Notes under the pieces: model-generated
Database searches by the model: none
Seen by the model: the letters and a program-made list of their open reading frames with translations, nothing else
What the model was told of the DNA's origin: nothing
Assembly: GCA_050253075.1 (NCBI GenBank)
Contig: JBFWJS010000001.1
Span: 384,001 to 448,000, forward strand
Origin: Deferribacterales bacterium
Lineage (GTDB): Bacteria > Chrysiogenota > Deferribacteres > Deferribacterales > Geovibrionaceae
Direction of reading: 5' to 3'
Length of the DNA stretch: 64,000 bases
In this document: positions 61,339-64,000 of the stretch, piece after piece
How positions within the stretch are numbered: position 1 is the first letter of the stretch
Layout of the letters: each line of letters opens with the position of its first letter
Made by a program: the position numbers and the translations under genes

Positions 61339-62669
61339 TGGAACAGATAAGAAGGACACCACCACACAATAAAGAGGCGGAGCAGGCAGTTCTGGCTGCT
61401 ATCCTCATAGACGATCAGGCACTGGATAAGGTGATAGACAAAGTGCGCTCTGAGGATTTCTACATCCCCGGGCATCAGTATCTCTACACTCGCATCCTGA
61501 AACTGCAGGAAGCGGGAAAGCCTGTGGATGTCGTCACCCTGCTGGGCTCTATGACAGACGAAGAGCTGACAAAAGCGGGCGGTGTGGACTATGTTTCTGC
61601 TCTGGTGGACATCCTCCCTTCGTCTGCGAATGTCGCATACTATGCCGATACTGTCAGGGACAAATCGGTCCTCCGCCAGCTGATAGGCATGTCTGCGGAG
61701 ATAGCCGAATCATGCTATATCTCAGACGGCGAAGTGGAAGATGTTGTCGAGACGGCGGAGAAGCGCATTTTCAGCCTTGCAGAAAAGAAGCTGAACTCAA
61801 ACGCACGCACCATCGGCTCGCTAATACCTCAGACAATAGACAGCCTCGACAGGCTTTATCAGAATAAAAATATCCTTTCGGGGATCACCACGGGTTTTAA
61901 AGATTTCAATGATATCACCAGTGGCTTACAGCGTTCTGACCTTATCATCATAGCAGGACGTCCCGGTATGGGTAAGACAGCATTCGCTCTGAATGTGGCT
62001 CTCAATGCTGCATACAGCGACGATAATAAATCAGTCGCCTTCTTTACACTGGAGATGTCGTCCCAGCAGCTCGTACAGCGTCTTCTTTCCGCCACGGCGC
62101 AGATAGAATCCGCAAAGCTGAGAAGCGGTCATTTCACCATGGAAGACTGGCAGAAGCTCAGTGCCGTCGGAGGCGAGCTTTCAAGTATAAACTTCTTCCT
62201 CGATGATACACCTGCCATCAACCCGCTGGAACTGAGGGCAAAATGCCGAAGGATAAAGCGTGAGCACGGGCTTGATCTCGTATTTGTGGATTACCTTCAG
62301 CTCATGAGCTCCACCAAAGGGGACAACAGGGAACAGCAGATTTCTGATATTTCCCGTTCGCTTAAGGCTCTGGCAAAAGAGCTCGACATACCTATCGTGG
62401 CGCTCTCACAGCTTAACCGAGGTGTGGAGCAGAGGCAGGAGAAGCGTCCTATGATTTCCGACCTTCGAGAATCAGGAGCCATCGAGCAGGATGCGGATAT
62501 GATCATCTTCCTTTACCGTGACGAGGTGTATACGAAGGATAAATGCCTTAAACCCGGCGTTGCCGAGGTTATCATCGCAAAGCACAGGCACGGCGCAACA
62601 GCAGACATCGAGCTTGCATTTATGAAGGAATACATGCAGTTCCGTGATATCGCCAGAGGGAATTATTAA
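61338..62669 (+). CDS. dnaB: Replicative DNA helicase
   Basis: PPHN.EAEQ, GRPGMGKT, DYLQL, LSQLNR, DLRESGAIEQDAD. Confidence 0.97.
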   Translation: MEQIRRTPPHNKEAEQAVLAAILIDDQALDKVIDKVRSEDFYIPGHQYLYTRILKLQEAGKPVDVVTLLGSMTDEELTKAGGVDYVSALVDILPSSANVAYYADTVRDKSVLRQLIGMSAEIAESCYISDGEVEDVVETAEKRIFSLAEKKLNSNARTIGSLIPQTIDSLDRLYQNKNILSGITTGFKDFNDITSGLQRSDLIIIAGRPGMGKTAFALNVALNAAYSDDNKSVAFFTLEMSSQQLVQRLLSATAQIESAKLRSGHFTMEDWQKLSAVGGELSSINFFLDDTPAINPLELRAKCRRIKREHGLDLVFVDYLQLMSSTKGDNREQQISDISRSLKALAKELDIPIVALSQLNRGVEQRQEKRPMISDLRESGAIEQDADMIIFLYRDEVYTKDKCLKPGVAEVIIAKHRHGATADIELAFMKEYMQFRDIARGNY

Positions 62670-63736
62670 TGAAGATATTAGTAACGGGCACAGCCGGATT
62701 CGTAGGACATTATGTCGGGAAATACCTCTCCGCTAGGGGAGATACTGTCGTAGGCATCGACTGCATAAACGATTATTACGATGTAAATCTGAAATACGGA
62801 CGCCTCGCCGATGCGGGATTTGATGCGGAAAAGATACGCAGTGCGTCACCCGACGATGTTTTCACATCATCCGAATACAGCCAATACACATTCATAAAAA
62901 TGGATATGACAGACCTCGCAAGGCTGGACAACCTGTTTAAATACGGACAGTTCGACCGTGTGATAAACCTCGCGGCACAGCCTGGGGTCAGATATTCTCT
63001 GGAGAATCCGCACGCATACATCAATGCAAACATTCAGGGGTTTATGAATATCCTCGAGTGCTGCAGACACCATAAAGTAGAGCATCTGGTATATGCCAGC
63101 AGCTCGTCCGTTTACGGTCTGAATGAATCACAGCCGTTTAAAACCACAGACAATGTAGACCACCCTATAAGCCTCTATGCGGCTACCAAAAAGTCAAACG
63201 AGCTCATGGCGCATACATACAGCCACCTTTACAATCTGCCGACCACGGGTCTGCGCTTTTTCACGGTTTACGGGCCATGGGGGCGTCCAGATATGGCGGT
63301 CTTTATGTTTACAAAGGCGATATTCGAAGGGAAGGCTATCGATGTTTACAACAACGGAAACATGAGCAGAGACTTCACATACATCGACGACATAGTCGAA
63401 GGTATCGTCCGCACGATGGACAACCCGCCGAAAGGGAACGAGAAATGGTCGGGCATGGACCCTGACCCGGGCTCCTCTATAGCACCTTATAAGATATACA
63501 ACATCGGCAGGAACGCACCAGTGAACCTGATGGACTTCATAGCATCAATAGAGAAGAACTCAGGCAGAAAAGCCGAAAAGAGGATGATGCCTCTACAGCC
63601 GGGGGACGTGCAGTCCACATACGCAGACGTAGGCGACCTCATCGCCGACACGGGCTATAGACCGAAGGTCAGCATAGACGAAGGCATGGCAAAGTTCGTC
63701 GAGTGGTACGTCGATTTCTACAACATAGCTAAGTGA
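62669..63736 (+). CDS. NAD-dependent epimerase (UDP-glucuronate 4-epimerase-like)
   Basis: GTAGFVG, AAQPGVRYSLENP, YAATKK, GPWGRPDM. Confidence 0.93.
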   Translation: MKILVTGTAGFVGHYVGKYLSARGDTVVGIDCINDYYDVNLKYGRLADAGFDAEKIRSASPDDVFTSSEYSQYTFIKMDMTDLARLDNLFKYGQFDRVINLAAQPGVRYSLENPHAYINANIQGFMNILECCRHHKVEHLVYASSSSVYGLNESQPFKTTDNVDHPISLYAATKKSNELMAHTYSHLYNLPTTGLRFFTVYGPWGRPDMAVFMFTKAIFEGKAIDVYNNGNMSRDFTYIDDIVEGIVRTMDNPPKGNEKWSGMDPDPGSSIAPYKIYNIGRNAPVNLMDFIASIEKNSGRKAEKRMMPLQPGDVQSTYADVGDLIADTGYRPKVSIDEGMAKFVEWYVDFYNIAK

Positions 63737-64000
63737 TCACTCCATAGGGAGCAGCGCATAGCCCTTGTTCTGATACCCGATGAGGGACACATATCCGTTC
63801 TCCACCACTGTCAGCTTCGGGATTATCTCACTGGGCGATATCTTTAATAGCCTGAGCGCAACAGCGCACTGCTCGAGCCTTACGCCCTTTTCGGACAGCT
63901 TATTTATCAGCGCATATACGTCCTTTTGTATCTCTGCATCTCTGTCGTCCAGCATAGCTCGGGAATCCATCATAAACTCTGATGCTACACCCCGCACAGC
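63737..64000 (-). CDS. DsrE-family protein, 3' part (truncated by window edge)
   Basis: GVRLEQCAVAL...VVENGYVSLIGYQNKGY. Confidence 0.7.
   Translation of the reverse strand, partial: AVRGVASEFMMDSRAMLDDRDAEIQKDVYALINKLSEKGVRLEQCAVALRLLKISPSEIIPKLTVVENGYVSLIGYQNKGYALLPME

Noticed and set aside
63732..63741. AGTGATCACT palindrome at the epimerase/DsrE junction
   Set aside because: Produced largely by two abutting convergent TGA stops; too short for a terminator.

Overview
Chromosomal core region around a probable replication origin. Taxonomy is inferred from protein character and gene content, not from a search: it looks like an anaerobic Deferribacterota-type bacterium. The left arm (mostly minus strand) carries dnaN-recF-gyrB-gyrA-folD-mnmE-[perfect parS + DnaA box]-mnmG-rsmG-lipoprotein, plus signalling genes. 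The 287-bp gap upstream of dnaN has a textbook oriC unwinding module (DnaA boxes, DnaA-trios, AT-rich tract). There is no dnaA beside it; a divergent gene encoding a tandem (two-Sm-domain) Hfq sits there instead. A ~25 kb minus-strand flagellar/chemotaxis block follows (fliR-flhB-flhA-flhF-flhG-fliA-cheB-fliM-fliY-cheY-cheZ-cheA...cheR). It holds several unusual genes: a PP2C/STAS/STAS-HEAT partner-switching module coupled to cheR, a HAMP-like CheZ, a membrane-anchored and apparently dead Mrr-like nuclease, and a 2Fe-2S protein with a degenerate RACo/ASKHA body behind a sigma28-like promoter. The right arm (plus strand) carries mqnC, a GAF kinase, fapA, uvrA, an amidase, glmU, a mannose-1-P guanylyltransferase, recA-pilT-recX-rplI-dnaB and an epimerase. 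Short palindromic repeats occupy three intergenic regions. No rRNA, tRNA, CRISPR array or transposase was recognised. All domain calls are motif recognition by eye.
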